DNA of 64,000 bases from a virus, in IMG/VR virus record IMGVR_UViG_3300020027_000004, positions 17,986 to 81,985 of that record. One strand, 5' to 3'. The position numbers were made by a program, and so were the translations under genes. The notes under the pieces are model-generated. The model saw nothing but the letters and a program-made list of their open reading frames with translations. It was not told the origin of the DNA and searched no databases. Of the stretch, positions 29,240-38,360 are shown piece after piece. Within the stretch, counting starts at the first letter, position 1. Each line of letters begins with the position of its first letter.

Positions 29240-30208
29240 ATGCCACCGACCTCTGCAACGAATCTCCGCCTGGACGCTCAAGACAGCGTCTGGCTCCGCC
29301 GCGAGCTCGAGTTCATCGAGGGCGAGACCTACGATCAGATCTTCCCGGAAAACCGGGGACGTTCGATCATCCCGACCCAGGGGAACATCCCCGACTGGGC
29401 CAAGATCTTCACCTGGCGAGAGCGCTCCGCGTTCGGCAAGGCGAAGATCGTCAGCAACATGTCCGACGACATCCCTCGCGTGGATGTCGCTCGCACCGAG
29501 CACTCGAAGACGATCAAGGTCATCGCCGACGCATACGGCTATGACATCTTCGACATCAAGGCCGCGATCGCGACGGGCATCCGCCTCGACGCCGACAAGG
29601 CGATCCAGGCGCGCCGCGCGATCGAGACCGAGACCGATCGCATCCTCGCGGTCGGCGACGTCGATCACAACCTCAACGGGCTGCTGACGCTCGATACCGT
29701 CGGCTCGATCACGCCGACGGTCGCCACCACCAAGACGGGTGGCGGAACGAACTGGAGCGCTGCCGCGACAGCGAAGGAGATCTCGAACGACATCACCAAG
29801 CTGATCAACGCGATCCTGACGAAGCTCCAGGGGGCGCACAGCACGCCGATGTTCCAGAAGTTCCGCATCGTGATGCCCGATGCGAACTACCTCCAGCTCA
29901 TCTCGCGGACGATCGGAGTCGACGAGAACAAGTCGCTCCTGTCGTACGTGATGATGAACCCGTACATCGAGAGCATCGTCCCGTGGTGGCGCACGGTCGG
30001 TGCAGCCGCGAACGGCGTGGACGATCGCATCGTCGCGTTCCCCGCCGACAAGGCGGTTGTGGCCGGCATCGTCCCGATGGAGTTCTCGCCCCAGGAGCCG
30101 GAGAAGCGGAATCTCGAGTACGTGGTGGATTGCGTCGCGACGTGCGGCGGCGTGGTCAGCCGATACCCGATGGCGATCGGCTACATGGACGCAGTGGACG
30201 TGGTCTAG
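29240..30208 (+). CDS. Major capsid protein (DUF2184/encapsulin-like HK97 fold)
   Basis: L.RELE.IE...YD..FP; G.AKI.....DDIPRVD; GG......P.A.GYMD. Confidence 0.92.
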   Translation: MPPTSATNLRLDAQDSVWLRRELEFIEGETYDQIFPENRGRSIIPTQGNIPDWAKIFTWRERSAFGKAKIVSNMSDDIPRVDVARTEHSKTIKVIADAYGYDIFDIKAAIATGIRLDADKAIQARRAIETETDRILAVGDVDHNLNGLLTLDTVGSITPTVATTKTGGGTNWSAAATAKEISNDITKLINAILTKLQGAHSTPMFQKFRIVMPDANYLQLISRTIGVDENKSLLSYVMMNPYIESIVPWWRTVGAAANGVDDRIVAFPADKAVVAGIVPMEFSPQEPEKRNLEYVVDCVATCGGVVSRYPMAIGYMDAVDVV

Positions 30209-30212
30209 CTGT

Positions 30213-30240
30213 ACGCGTCGTTCGTCGACGAGCGACGCGT
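30213..30240. terminator. GC-rich hairpin between capsid gene and tRNA (terminator or processing stem)
   Basis: ACGCGTCGTTCGT-CG-ACGAGCGACGCGT; only a weak U tract follows. Confidence 0.5.
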
Positions 30241-30246
30241 TCTCAC

Positions 30247-30322
30247 TGCGGGCAAGAGAAACGGTAACTCGCCAGGCCCATAACCTGGAGACACCCGGTT
30301 CGATTCCGGGGCCCGCTACCCA
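30247..30322 (+). tRNA. tRNA-Met(CAU), initiator-like, atypical
   Basis: Cloverleaf: acceptor TGCGGGC/GCCCGCT (1:72 mismatch), D arm GAG/CTC, anticodon arm CCAGG-CCCATAA-CCTGG, T arm CCCGG-TTCGATT-CCGGG. Confidence 0.85.
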
Positions 30323-30339
30323 ACGTAACTAGGAGCCAC

Positions 30340-30903
30340 ATGTCGATCCTCGTCCCCATCTTCGATGGCATCGGCCCAACCCGGATGGTGGTGGGGGAGG
30401 ATGCTGCCGATTTTGGCGTCGAGCTCGAGGTCGGAAAGATCTACGTGTACACCGCCACCGTGGCCTCTTACGTGAGGCAAGGGCGCTCGGTCGCGGTCGT
30501 GGCGAGCGTCAATCCCACAGCGGACACGTTCACGTTTGCCGCGCCGCACGCGTGGCTCACCGGCCACGGACCGACCCGGCTCACGAACTCGGGTGGCGCG
30601 TTGCCAGGTGGAACCGACAACGCGACGAACTACTGGACGATTCGCGTGAGCGACACGGAGCTGGCGCTGGCGAGCTCCAAGGCGAACGCCGAAGCCGGAA
30701 CGAGGGTCCCGCTTTCGAGCGCTGGAACGGGCACCCACTCGCTCCTGGATGACGCCGGTCCGAGCCAGGGCTCGCTCTACCTACCGGCCGGGCAATCGAT
30801 GCCGATCGTCGGCAGCGTTTACGGCCGGCGACTGTCCGCGGTGCGCCTCGGTGACGAGGATGGCGAGGCCACTCTGACCGCAGCGACCGTCTATCCGGGC
30901 TGA
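30340..30903 (+). CDS. Virion structural protein (small beta-barrel appendage domain)
   Basis: H...TG.GP.RLT.SGGALPGG.....NYW.I......ALA.S..NA.AG....L.S.GTGTH module typical of phage fibre proteins; structural-region position. Confidence 0.6.
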   Translation: MSILVPIFDGIGPTRMVVGEDAADFGVELEVGKIYVYTATVASYVRQGRSVAVVASVNPTADTFTFAAPHAWLTGHGPTRLTNSGGALPGGTDNATNYWTIRVSDTELALASSKANAEAGTRVPLSSAGTGTHSLLDDAGPSQGSLYLPAGQSMPIVGSVYGRRLSAVRLGDEDGEATLTAATVYPG

Positions 30904-30911
30904 GGGAATCA

Positions 30912-31328
30912 ATGAGCAAGTCAGACACCCTCGAACAGCAACTCCTCGAAGCCATCTTCAAGGATCCATCGTTCACCGCGCTCGGATCGATCACGCTTGG
31001 CGCGAACCTCTACCTCGCGCTCCACACCGCCGATCCCGGAGATGCAGGGACCCAGGCCACCAGCGAGATCGTATACACGGGCTACGCGCGCGCAGCTGTC
31101 GCGCGCGGCGCGGGGTTCACCCGCACCGGATCATCGGTTTCTCCAGCCGCGGATGTCGTGTTCCCTGGTTCGACTTCCGGTGGCGTGACGGCCACGCACT
31201 TCAGCGTCGGCATCGCGAGCTCGGGTGCAACCGCGATCCTGTACTCGGGGGCGCTGAGCCCGACGATCGCGATCGTGAACGGAGTCTCGCCAGTCATCGA
31301 CAGCGCGACCACCATCGCCGAGGACTAA
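30912..31328 (+). CDS. Small fibre-associated structural protein
   Basis: LYLALHTADPGDAG....E..Y.GYAR.AV......V.FP...G....TH..V......IL..GAL pattern. Confidence 0.75.
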   Translation: MSKSDTLEQQLLEAIFKDPSFTALGSITLGANLYLALHTADPGDAGTQATSEIVYTGYARAAVARGAGFTRTGSSVSPAADVVFPGSTSGGVTATHFSVGIASSGATAILYSGALSPTIAIVNGVSPVIDSATTIAED

Positions 31329-31331
31329 CCG

Positions 31332-32270
31332 GTGAGCCTGTGGGGCAACATGGGGCGGTGGGGGCGGTGGGGCGATTGGGGAGCCGGCCTATCGACGCCG
31401 CACGTGCGGAGCGAGTCACGCGGTGACGTGCAAGGCCAAGCGACCGTCACCGGGGTTGGCGGTGCGCTCGCGCAGGGAGTAGGTGGAGCTGCCGGAGTCA
31501 CCACACTCTCCGGCGTGGGCGATGCATTGGTGCTCTACGCGAGCGACGCGCTTAGCGGCCGGCCGGTGCCCTCGAATGCAACGCAGTGGGCGGCCTTCAT
31601 CGCGCGCCACTCCCTGTCGCTCGCGGTGCCGAACTATCTGCACCTCTGCCAAGAGCCAGGCGGTGACCTCGCCGATGCGATCGGAGCACTCACGCTCACG
31701 GCTTCGGGCACCGTGCAGTATTCCAAGCCAGCCACGGGGTGGTCTCGCGTTGGCGTCGGCGGAAACGGCGTGATCGGCGAGTTCACCCACGCGGTCGGTC
31801 CGACGCCATCGACCACGAGCATCGCGCGCTTCTATTGGATCGCGATCGACATCGGCTCCGGTGCCGATTTTGCGATCCGCAGTGCGGGCGCGAACGGCAC
31901 CAACATCAACAATTGGGGCCTGGGCGTGTTGCGAACCTCCGGCGTCGAAGCGTTCCGGATCCGCGGTCCCGGTGGCCAGCTCGATACGAGCGCTCTCTCG
32001 GTCTACGAGAGCGTGCATCCGATCCTCGTCGTAAATGACATCGCGAACACTAGGCTGCGGTTCTACTCGGGCCAGGAAAAGTTGTCGCCCACCTACGGCG
32101 TGGCCAGTGCGACCACGAGATACGGGATTGGCGGTGTCGGTGGCTCTACCTTCGGACCGATCACCGTCCTCTACGAGTGTGGGTGGTCTGGCGCTGGCGC
32201 GGAGATCAGCGACGCGAACGCCAAGGCTTTCATCGAGTCTATGAAAGGAACCTCCGTTCCATGGTCATGA
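31332..32270 (+). CDS. Virion protein with putative LamG/concanavalin-like domain
   Basis: Shares the SG..VP....QWA......P...H.CQ....L.D.IG motif with 42268, 44268 and 54930. Confidence 0.55.
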   Translation: MSLWGNMGRWGRWGDWGAGLSTPHVRSESRGDVQGQATVTGVGGALAQGVGGAAGVTTLSGVGDALVLYASDALSGRPVPSNATQWAAFIARHSLSLAVPNYLHLCQEPGGDLADAIGALTLTASGTVQYSKPATGWSRVGVGGNGVIGEFTHAVGPTPSTTSIARFYWIAIDIGSGADFAIRSAGANGTNINNWGLGVLRTSGVEAFRIRGPGGQLDTSALSVYESVHPILVVNDIANTRLRFYSGQEKLSPTYGVASATTRYGIGGVGGSTFGPITVLYECGWSGAGAEISDANAKAFIESMKGTSVPWS

Positions 32271-34300
32271 GCCACGCTGAGACGCTCGCTGCCGCGAAGG
32301 CCATCGGCGCGAGTTCGGGTGGCGACATCATGACGGTGGGTTGTCGCGCGACAGCGAACGATGGTTACTTCGGTCACTTCGTGCACGACGCTTCCGATAG
32401 CGTGAGCACGTTCCCATCGGATGGGCTCGGATTCGTCGATGCGATGAACCGACGGTGGAAGCGTCTCTATGACGACGTGAAGAACGCACGGTGGTTCGGA
32501 GTGCGTAACGATGACGTCGCGGCCGACACCGCTCTCAGCGACGCGCTCAACTCCGGCGGCAAGTTGATAGTGCCGCGAGGCACGTATCGCGTCACCACGC
32601 CGATCGTTGTGGCGTCCTCGGTGGAGATCGTCGGCTGCGGACCAACGCGTACGATCTTCAAGCCGGATCTCGGGATCGCAGGGGGCGGTGCAACGGCATT
32701 CTCCATGCTCGCCAACCACATCACGGTGCGTGATCTTGGCGTGGTCGGAACGGGGATAACGATGTCGCCGATCACGTCCTCGCGCCACGCGTTCGTGAGC
32801 GGCTCGGGGAGCGTATTCGCGCATCACCGTTACAAGAACATTGGCTTCACGGATTGGTCATACACAGACGGCAAGATCGTGTACGACAACAAAGCGGTTG
32901 CCCATTGCATATACGCGCAGTGGATGGACGACGTTCTCGTCGAGGATTGCTATCTGGACCGCTGCACCGGAGCGTTTTTCATCGCGAAGAACAGCACCGA
33001 CATTTCGGTCCAACGCAATCAGATCAAGAGCGCTGGATGGTACCCGGTCCACCTTCGTACCGATGTCGTCGGCTTCGATGTCGGGCACAACCATATCGAT
33101 ATGTCGGGCCTGCCAAGCGGTGCGATGTGGGGTGCAGGCGTCGACCTCATGAGCAACGAAGGCGCGAACAACGGACCGATCAAGGAAGGCGCTATCCACG
33201 ACAACCGTTTTTCTGGTTACTTCGCGTATGGCGCGGTGATTCGGATCGCAAGCGCGGAGAACGTGCATTGCTTCCGCAACCGGTTCCGCGATCTGAAGAT
33301 CGGGTCGTGGGTTGTCGGCATCGGGACCCTCAGCGTGATCCGCGTGGTGACGCGCGGCACCGACGAGTTTGGATTCATGCCGCCATGCGGCGACGTCCAC
33401 ATCTACGAGAACGACATAGACGCGCCGGAGGCAACCGACCCCGCCGGTAACTACGTCGGAATCTACGCGAGCAACGACTGGCATACCGTGCGAGATCCAC
33501 TCCGTGGCCTATGGATCAATCGCAACGAGGTGAGGTCGATCGACGAGGCTCACTACTTCGACAACGCAGTGATCGTTCACGGTGTCCGTGGCGGGATCGA
33601 GGACGTGTGGATCGAGGACAACCTGCTCATCTCGAAGACTCGAGCAGGATCGATCGGCTCTGGCGCGCTGGCGATAGCTGCGTTCGATGACGCTGGACGT
33701 GTGATGAAGGTGCGTGTTGGTGGCAACACGCTTCGAGACATCGGCACGCCGATCAACACGGCCAACCTAGCGATCGGAATCGGCGCCGGGGTTGACGATA
33801 TCGTGTTCACCAAGCCGAACATCATCGAGAACTATTTCGATGGGGTGCGCATGCTCGCTGCGACGGCGCCGAATACAGCCGGAGCTAACATCTACGGTCA
33901 GTATGACCAGGTGTTCAAGAACATGAACCCGGCTGGAAAGCTCGTCCGCGTCAACTCCGGTAGCTACGCTGATAGATCCGATCTCATCGCCACCGAAGCA
34001 GAGTTGCTGGACAGGTTCTCCGTCATCAACACCAGCGGACTCAAGCGCGCCGGACTCATGGTCCTCCTGTCGGAGCCACCTTTTCAGGTTGCGATCGCCT
34101 CGGGTCCGACGAACATCGCTCCTTGGTATCAGTCGAGCGGCAACCAACTCGGAGTGACGCCGGCCATCGCCAGCGAGAGCAAGGTCACCACGGAATCGCC
34201 GAGAGTCGTGATGGCCAGTAAGCAGGCTGCGGCAGACCTCAAGAGCTCGGTCCCCGATGCCGAGTTGGCCAGCGTGACCCCGAAGGCGACGATCCGCTAA
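32267..34300 (+). CDS. Right-handed parallel beta-helix protein (tailspike/depolymerase-like)
   Basis: NARWFG...DD...DT.AL..ALN.GG.L.VP.GTYRVT.PI pectate-lyase-3-like start, followed by repeated I.DN/V.RN beta-helix rungs. Confidence 0.85.
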   Translation: MSHAETLAAAKAIGASSGGDIMTVGCRATANDGYFGHFVHDASDSVSTFPSDGLGFVDAMNRRWKRLYDDVKNARWFGVRNDDVAADTALSDALNSGGKLIVPRGTYRVTTPIVVASSVEIVGCGPTRTIFKPDLGIAGGGATAFSMLANHITVRDLGVVGTGITMSPITSSRHAFVSGSGSVFAHHRYKNIGFTDWSYTDGKIVYDNKAVAHCIYAQWMDDVLVEDCYLDRCTGAFFIAKNSTDISVQRNQIKSAGWYPVHLRTDVVGFDVGHNHIDMSGLPSGAMWGAGVDLMSNEGANNGPIKEGAIHDNRFSGYFAYGAVIRIASAENVHCFRNRFRDLKIGSWVVGIGTLSVIRVVTRGTDEFGFMPPCGDVHIYENDIDAPEATDPAGNYVGIYASNDWHTVRDPLRGLWINRNEVRSIDEAHYFDNAVIVHGVRGGIEDVWIEDNLLISKTRAGSIGSGALAIAAFDDAGRVMKVRVGGNTLRDIGTPINTANLAIGIGAGVDDIVFTKPNIIENYFDGVRMLAATAPNTAGANIYGQYDQVFKNMNPAGKLVRVNSGSYADRSDLIATEAELLDRFSVINTSGLKRAGLMVLLSEPPFQVAIASGPTNIAPWYQSSGNQLGVTPAIASESKVTTESPRVVMASKQAAADLKSSVPDAELASVTPKATIR

Positions 34301-34596
34301 TCGTCGCCGAGCTGCGGCTCGACGACCCACACGAGCCCGCTGATCGTCTGAACCTTGCCGGTATCGTCGGTCACCACCAATTGGCCTCGATGATGGCCGG
34401 CCTGATCGAGATCGCCGGCTTCCCAGATGCGTCGCGCACTCGTGGCGCCGATAACCTCGAGCGCAACCATCGAGATGGTTCCGTCTGGCTTCTGCCACCG
34501 CAATTGCACGCTCGCCGCATCCATCAACGAACCCTCTGCGGCAGCTGTGATTTCCATCGGCGGGGAGGTGTCTCCGCGGGTGGGGCTGTAGCTCAT
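34297..34596 (-). CDS. BppU N-terminal-like single Ig domain protein
   Basis: RGDTSP......LRWQKPDG....W.AGDLD.AG...G...VT...GKVQT; own -10 element 6 nt upstream. Confidence 0.6.
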   Translation of the reverse strand: MSYSPTRGDTSPPMEITAAAEGSLMDAASVQLRWQKPDGTISMVALEVIGATSARRIWEAGDLDQAGHHRGQLVVTDDTGKVQTISGLVWVVEPQLGDD

Positions 34597-34632
34597 GTGT
34601 TGAGTCTATCGTGCATGCGGTAGGATTGTGCC
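34597..34632. promoter_or_regulatory. Back-to-back leaderless promoters
   Basis: Minus strand TAGACT-6 nt-ATG(34596); plus strand TAGGAT(34621-34626)-6 nt-ATG(34633). Confidence 0.6.
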
Positions 34633-35019
34633 ATGGCCGCGATCCTATGGAGCGATGTGGTGGCGCTCGACGCCGAACTCGCAGGCGTCTCGGCTGCAGC
34701 GCAGGCCCTCTTTCTGGCGTGGGCGAACGAGGAGCTGGAAGTCTCGAACTTCCGGCTCGGAGAGATCGACCCGAAGCTCAAGCTCGCGCGCGCGTTCCTC
34801 GCGGCGCACTTCGGTCGGCTCTGGTTCGATAACGCGGACGATGACGGCACCGCCGGACCCATCAAGTCGAAGACGATCACCAGCGACAGCATGACCGTGA
34901 CATACGGCAACGATGGCTCGAGCGCGACCACTGAGGAGTCGCTGGCTAGCACCGAGTGGGGGAATGCGTATCTGTTCGTGATGCGTGCGCAGCCCACGCG
35001 CGCGGGGTTCACGACCTGA
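34633..35019 (+). CDS. Head-tail adaptor (DUF4054-like)
   Basis: LFLA.A.......G.....A..FLAAHF; GPI.SK......V.Y; L.ST.WG..YL. Confidence 0.85.
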   Translation: MAAILWSDVVALDAELAGVSAAAQALFLAWANEELEVSNFRLGEIDPKLKLARAFLAAHFGRLWFDNADDDGTAGPIKSKTITSDSMTVTYGNDGSSATTEESLASTEWGNAYLFVMRAQPTRAGFTT

Positions 35020-35438
35020 TGACGACCGTGCTCGGCATCGACTGGGCCGCCGACATGGCCGAGGTGTTCGGGGGTGACATCTACGATGCGACCTTCGTGC
35101 GCTTCGGCGTGGGCACGTACGACGACGAACATCCATCGGGCCCGACGAACCCAACCCCAGCGACGTACACCGCGAAGGGTCGCGCCTCGAGCTACAAGAA
35201 ACGCTATGTCGATGGCGAGCTCATCATCAAGGGCGACTACCGCGTGATGTTGCTGCGGGGAACGATCAAGACGTCGCCAGCGGCCGCGGTATCGGATGTG
35301 ATGCCGAATGTCGGATCGACCGTGACCATCCCACCACCTGGCAAGGCGGTAGCGGAGCTCGGCACCGTGGTTGGAATCGAGGCAGTCACCGAAGCATTCA
35401 TCACGCTCCAGGTGCGTGGGAGCTCGAGCCAGACCTGA
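35019..35438 (+). CDS. Head closure/head-tail joining protein
   Basis: Position; Y...Y.DG.LI..GDYRV pattern. Confidence 0.7.
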   Translation: MTTVLGIDWAADMAEVFGGDIYDATFVRFGVGTYDDEHPSGPTNPTPATYTAKGRASSYKKRYVDGELIIKGDYRVMLLRGTIKTSPAAAVSDVMPNVGSTVTIPPPGKAVAELGTVVGIEAVTEAFITLQVRGSSSQT

Positions 35439-35878
35439 TGGGAAACGCGGCGCAAATCGGGCGCGAGCTGCGCGCGGAGTTGAGCAAGACGATCCGAGAC
35501 GTCATGCTCCTGGCCGCGGACAACCTGATGAACGCAACCCCGGTGGACACGGGCCACGCCTCGAGCAACTGGGTGCTCTCGCTCGGGTCGCCATATACCG
35601 GCATCGATGGATCGCGCCAGGCGGTCTCAACGGTGGAACAGGATCGCGGCATCGATGCGGTGACGGGCTACGACATCGGCCGCGATGGTCCGATCTACCT
35701 CCGAAACAACGTGCTCTATCTCCAGTTTCTCGATCAGGGCCACAGCCAGCAAGCGCCCGCCGGCTTCGTCGGTCAAGCGTTCATGGCAGCATCGCGCCGA
35801 GCTCCACACGGGCGCAAGACGAGCACGAAGAAGATGCTGCGCTCGATGGCTCGGAGCGCGTACGTGAAGACCTACTGA
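35438..35878 (+). CDS. Neck protein (HK97 gp10-like)
   Basis: TPVDTGHA.SNW; IYL.NNV.Y...L..GHS.QAPAGFV. Confidence 0.85.
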   Translation: MGNAAQIGRELRAELSKTIRDVMLLAADNLMNATPVDTGHASSNWVLSLGSPYTGIDGSRQAVSTVEQDRGIDAVTGYDIGRDGPIYLRNNVLYLQFLDQGHSQQAPAGFVGQAFMAASRRAPHGRKTSTKKMLRSMARSAYVKTY

Positions 35879-35879
35879 C

Positions 35880-36320
35880 ATGACGCAAGACGAGGCATCG
35901 GATCAGATCTTCAAGCGCTGGCGGGCGATGTGGCCATCGCTGTCCGGTGACGTGCCCTACTCGCTCGACAACATCATCACGCCGGATGCGTATCCGCACG
36001 CGCGCGTGGCGATCGTTTCGCTCGACTCGAACCCGTACACGATTGCGAGGTCCGGCAACGCGAAGGTTGAGCGTGAGGGTCTCATCCAGGTGATGCTCCA
36101 CGGACAGGTCGGCATCGGCCGGCGCGAGCTCGATCTCCTGGCCAATCACGTACGCGCCATCTTCGAGCGCAAGCGATTCGGGGGAAGCCCTGGGTCAGCG
36201 TTCGCGGAGGGGATCGTCACCACCCAAACATCCACGTCTGAGCTCCGCCGCGATCGCGAGAGCCCGCACGTCTGGATCCTCACCGCGTCAACGGATTTCC
36301 GGTTCTACGACCGGGGATGA
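35880..36320 (+). CDS. Tail terminator
   Basis: Position before the tail tube; G.I.V.L....G.G......LA..V..IF pattern. Confidence 0.75.
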   Translation: MTQDEASDQIFKRWRAMWPSLSGDVPYSLDNIITPDAYPHARVAIVSLDSNPYTIARSGNAKVEREGLIQVMLHGQVGIGRRELDLLANHVRAIFERKRFGGSPGSAFAEGIVTTQTSTSELRRDRESPHVWILTASTDFRFYDRG

Positions 36321-36353
36321 TAGATTCGCCCCAACCGCAAGGAGCCCCAGACG

Positions 36354-38171
36354 ATGCTCGTTCTAACCGACGGTACCAACCTCTCAGTGGTCGAAGAAAC
36401 CACCCTCGGGGCCCCCACGCCACCCACTACAAACTGGCTCACGCTCGAGCCGAACAGCTACGGCAATTACGGGCCGGCGTACAAGAAAGAGCCGCGAGCT
36501 CCGATCACGAAGCACTTGCAGAGGGTCGGACGCCCGATGCTCGTGGACGAGGACTCGGCGATCCCATTCGAGGGCGACATCACCAAGAACATGATCGACG
36601 CGTTCGCGTCGGGCGTCTATCGCGTGGTGCCGAAGCATTCGGGCGGAACCGGCCAAAGCAAGTTCCCGGTGTCGGCGGTGACCGCGACCGGCTACACGGT
36701 TCCCGGGCTCGGCAACTTCGCGGAGCGCACACTGATCGTGGCGCGCGGCTTTCGCAATCCGCTGAACAACGGTCCCAAGATGGTGGGCCCCGGATCGACG
36801 CTCACCGAGACCAAGACCGCCGGCCTTGTGATCGAAGCGTCGCCACCGGCGAACGCGGAGATCGAGGTGGTCGGATGGCGCGGGGCTCCCAGCGATCTGG
36901 CGCTCGATGCCGATGGCAACATGACATCCGTCGCGGTCAACTTCACCCAACGCGGGCTCAACCAGTATCAGTGGGTCTACATCGGCGATCCAAACGAGGA
37001 TCTCCTTGGCTTCGATACGGTCGAGTTTCAGGGCGCGGCTCGGCTGTTCGAGATCGCCGCGAACAAACTCACATTCGATCGACGGAGTTGGTACGTGGAC
37101 CGCGGCGAGCTCGACCTCGATACGGTGACCGCGAACGTGGACACGATCATCCAGGCGCGAGATCGCGGGGCGGCGGTGTTCGTCGAGTTCATCAACGATG
37201 CGGTTGCCGCTGCTGGCACCATCGAGGATGACGAGCTCACCAACACGGTCACCATCCACTTCAAGAGCTCGGTTACGGCCACGACCGTGGCGCAGGTCGA
37301 AGCGCTGATCGCCACGTCCACGCTGATCGAGGTGCAGACCGCGGGAACGGGTGCGACGTCGCTCGCCGCTGGCGATGTCTTGGCTCCGACCCAGCTCGGG
37401 TTCGTGGCCGATGGCGCCGATGCTGGAACCGGCAAGACGATCGACATCTACTACACGCGTTGGTGGCGCAACGTGCACGGCCAGCACGATGACTTTATCC
37501 CGGTGTCCTACGCGTTCGAGATGATGTATCCGAACCTCGGGGCATCCGGCGAAGACAAGTACGAGTACCTGCTCGGCAACATGATCGACGAGTGGGTCTG
37601 GAACATCCCGCTGACCGCGAAGGCTACGATCAATGCGAGCTTCATCGGCACGCACACGCAAAAGCCGACGGTGACGCGCAAGACGGGACCGGCGTCGGCA
37701 ATCGAGCCGAACGCCAACGCCGGCGTGTCGACGGCCACCGACATCCAGCGGCTTCGCATCAGCGACGCGGACGAGCTCGGAGTAGCCTCCGATCTTCAGA
37801 GCCTGAAGATCACCATCAAGAACAACGTCTCGCCACAGAAGCAGCTCGCGCGGCTCGGCGCGGGTCACATGAACTACGGTTCGCAAGATGTGAGCGTGGA
37901 GACCGAGATCATCTTCACGGATGACGAGCCGATCCTCGCAGTGGTGGACAACCGCCCATGCAACCTGGATGTGCTGGTGCGAAACGACGACTTCGGCGCG
38001 CTGATCGACATCCAGGCGATGACGTTCGACACCACCGATCGCAAGCTCGAGAAGAACAAGAGCATCATCCTCACCTCGAAGACCACCGGCTACATGGACA
38101 ACCTGTCGGGCTCGACCGGATCGCTCTCGATGTTCGGCTATCTGCCGCGGTTGCCGGACGTCACCGAATAG
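36354..38171 (+). CDS. Major tail tube protein with internal accessory domain
   Basis: EE.T.G, PI.K..QR, TR...NV, Y.FE..Y, G.MID, I...KNNVSP motifs; about 105-aa insert at 37100-37420. Confidence 0.85.
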   Translation: MLVLTDGTNLSVVEETTLGAPTPPTTNWLTLEPNSYGNYGPAYKKEPRAPITKHLQRVGRPMLVDEDSAIPFEGDITKNMIDAFASGVYRVVPKHSGGTGQSKFPVSAVTATGYTVPGLGNFAERTLIVARGFRNPLNNGPKMVGPGSTLTETKTAGLVIEASPPANAEIEVVGWRGAPSDLALDADGNMTSVAVNFTQRGLNQYQWVYIGDPNEDLLGFDTVEFQGAARLFEIAANKLTFDRRSWYVDRGELDLDTVTANVDTIIQARDRGAAVFVEFINDAVAAAGTIEDDELTNTVTIHFKSSVTATTVAQVEALIATSTLIEVQTAGTGATSLAAGDVLAPTQLGFVADGADAGTGKTIDIYYTRWWRNVHGQHDDFIPVSYAFEMMYPNLGASGEDKYEYLLGNMIDEWVWNIPLTAKATINASFIGTHTQKPTVTRKTGPASAIEPNANAGVSTATDIQRLRISDADELGVASDLQSLKITIKNNVSPQKQLARLGAGHMNYGSQDVSVETEIIFTDDEPILAVVDNRPCNLDVLVRNDDFGALIDIQAMTFDTTDRKLEKNKSIILTSKTTGYMDNLSGSTGSLSMFGYLPRLPDVTE

Positions 38172-38274
38172 TCGGCGCGGCCGCGCTGGCTACCGCCTGA
38201 TCGAAGGCGGTTCCGAGGAGCCCCTGGGCTCACCGGCAAGCGGCGCCCACAAAAGCTACCGCTCGACACCGAGG

Positions 38275-38309
38275 CGGCCACCCGTGCACAGGGTGGCCGT
38301 TCTCCTTTT
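38275..38309 (+). terminator. Intrinsic terminator after the tail tube gene
   Basis: CGGCCACCC-7 nt-GGGTGGCCG followed by TTCTCCTTTT. Confidence 0.7.
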
Positions 38310-38360
38310 CGGAACGCGTCGCACGGCGCCGGCGGGACGCGACCCGTCGCTCCGAGCAGC

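Noticed and set aside
24410-29839. Long minus-strand ORFs (24410-25798, 27803-29839; likewise 36384-37886 and plus-strand 58866-60152)
   Set aside because: In-register antisense shadows of well-supported genes, typical of high-GC DNA, with no family motifs.
36354-38171. Contractile tail sheath
   Set aside because: Despite a sheath-like inserted domain, the core motifs, long tape measure, G/GT chaperones and BR0599-type tip indicate a non-contractile tail tube.
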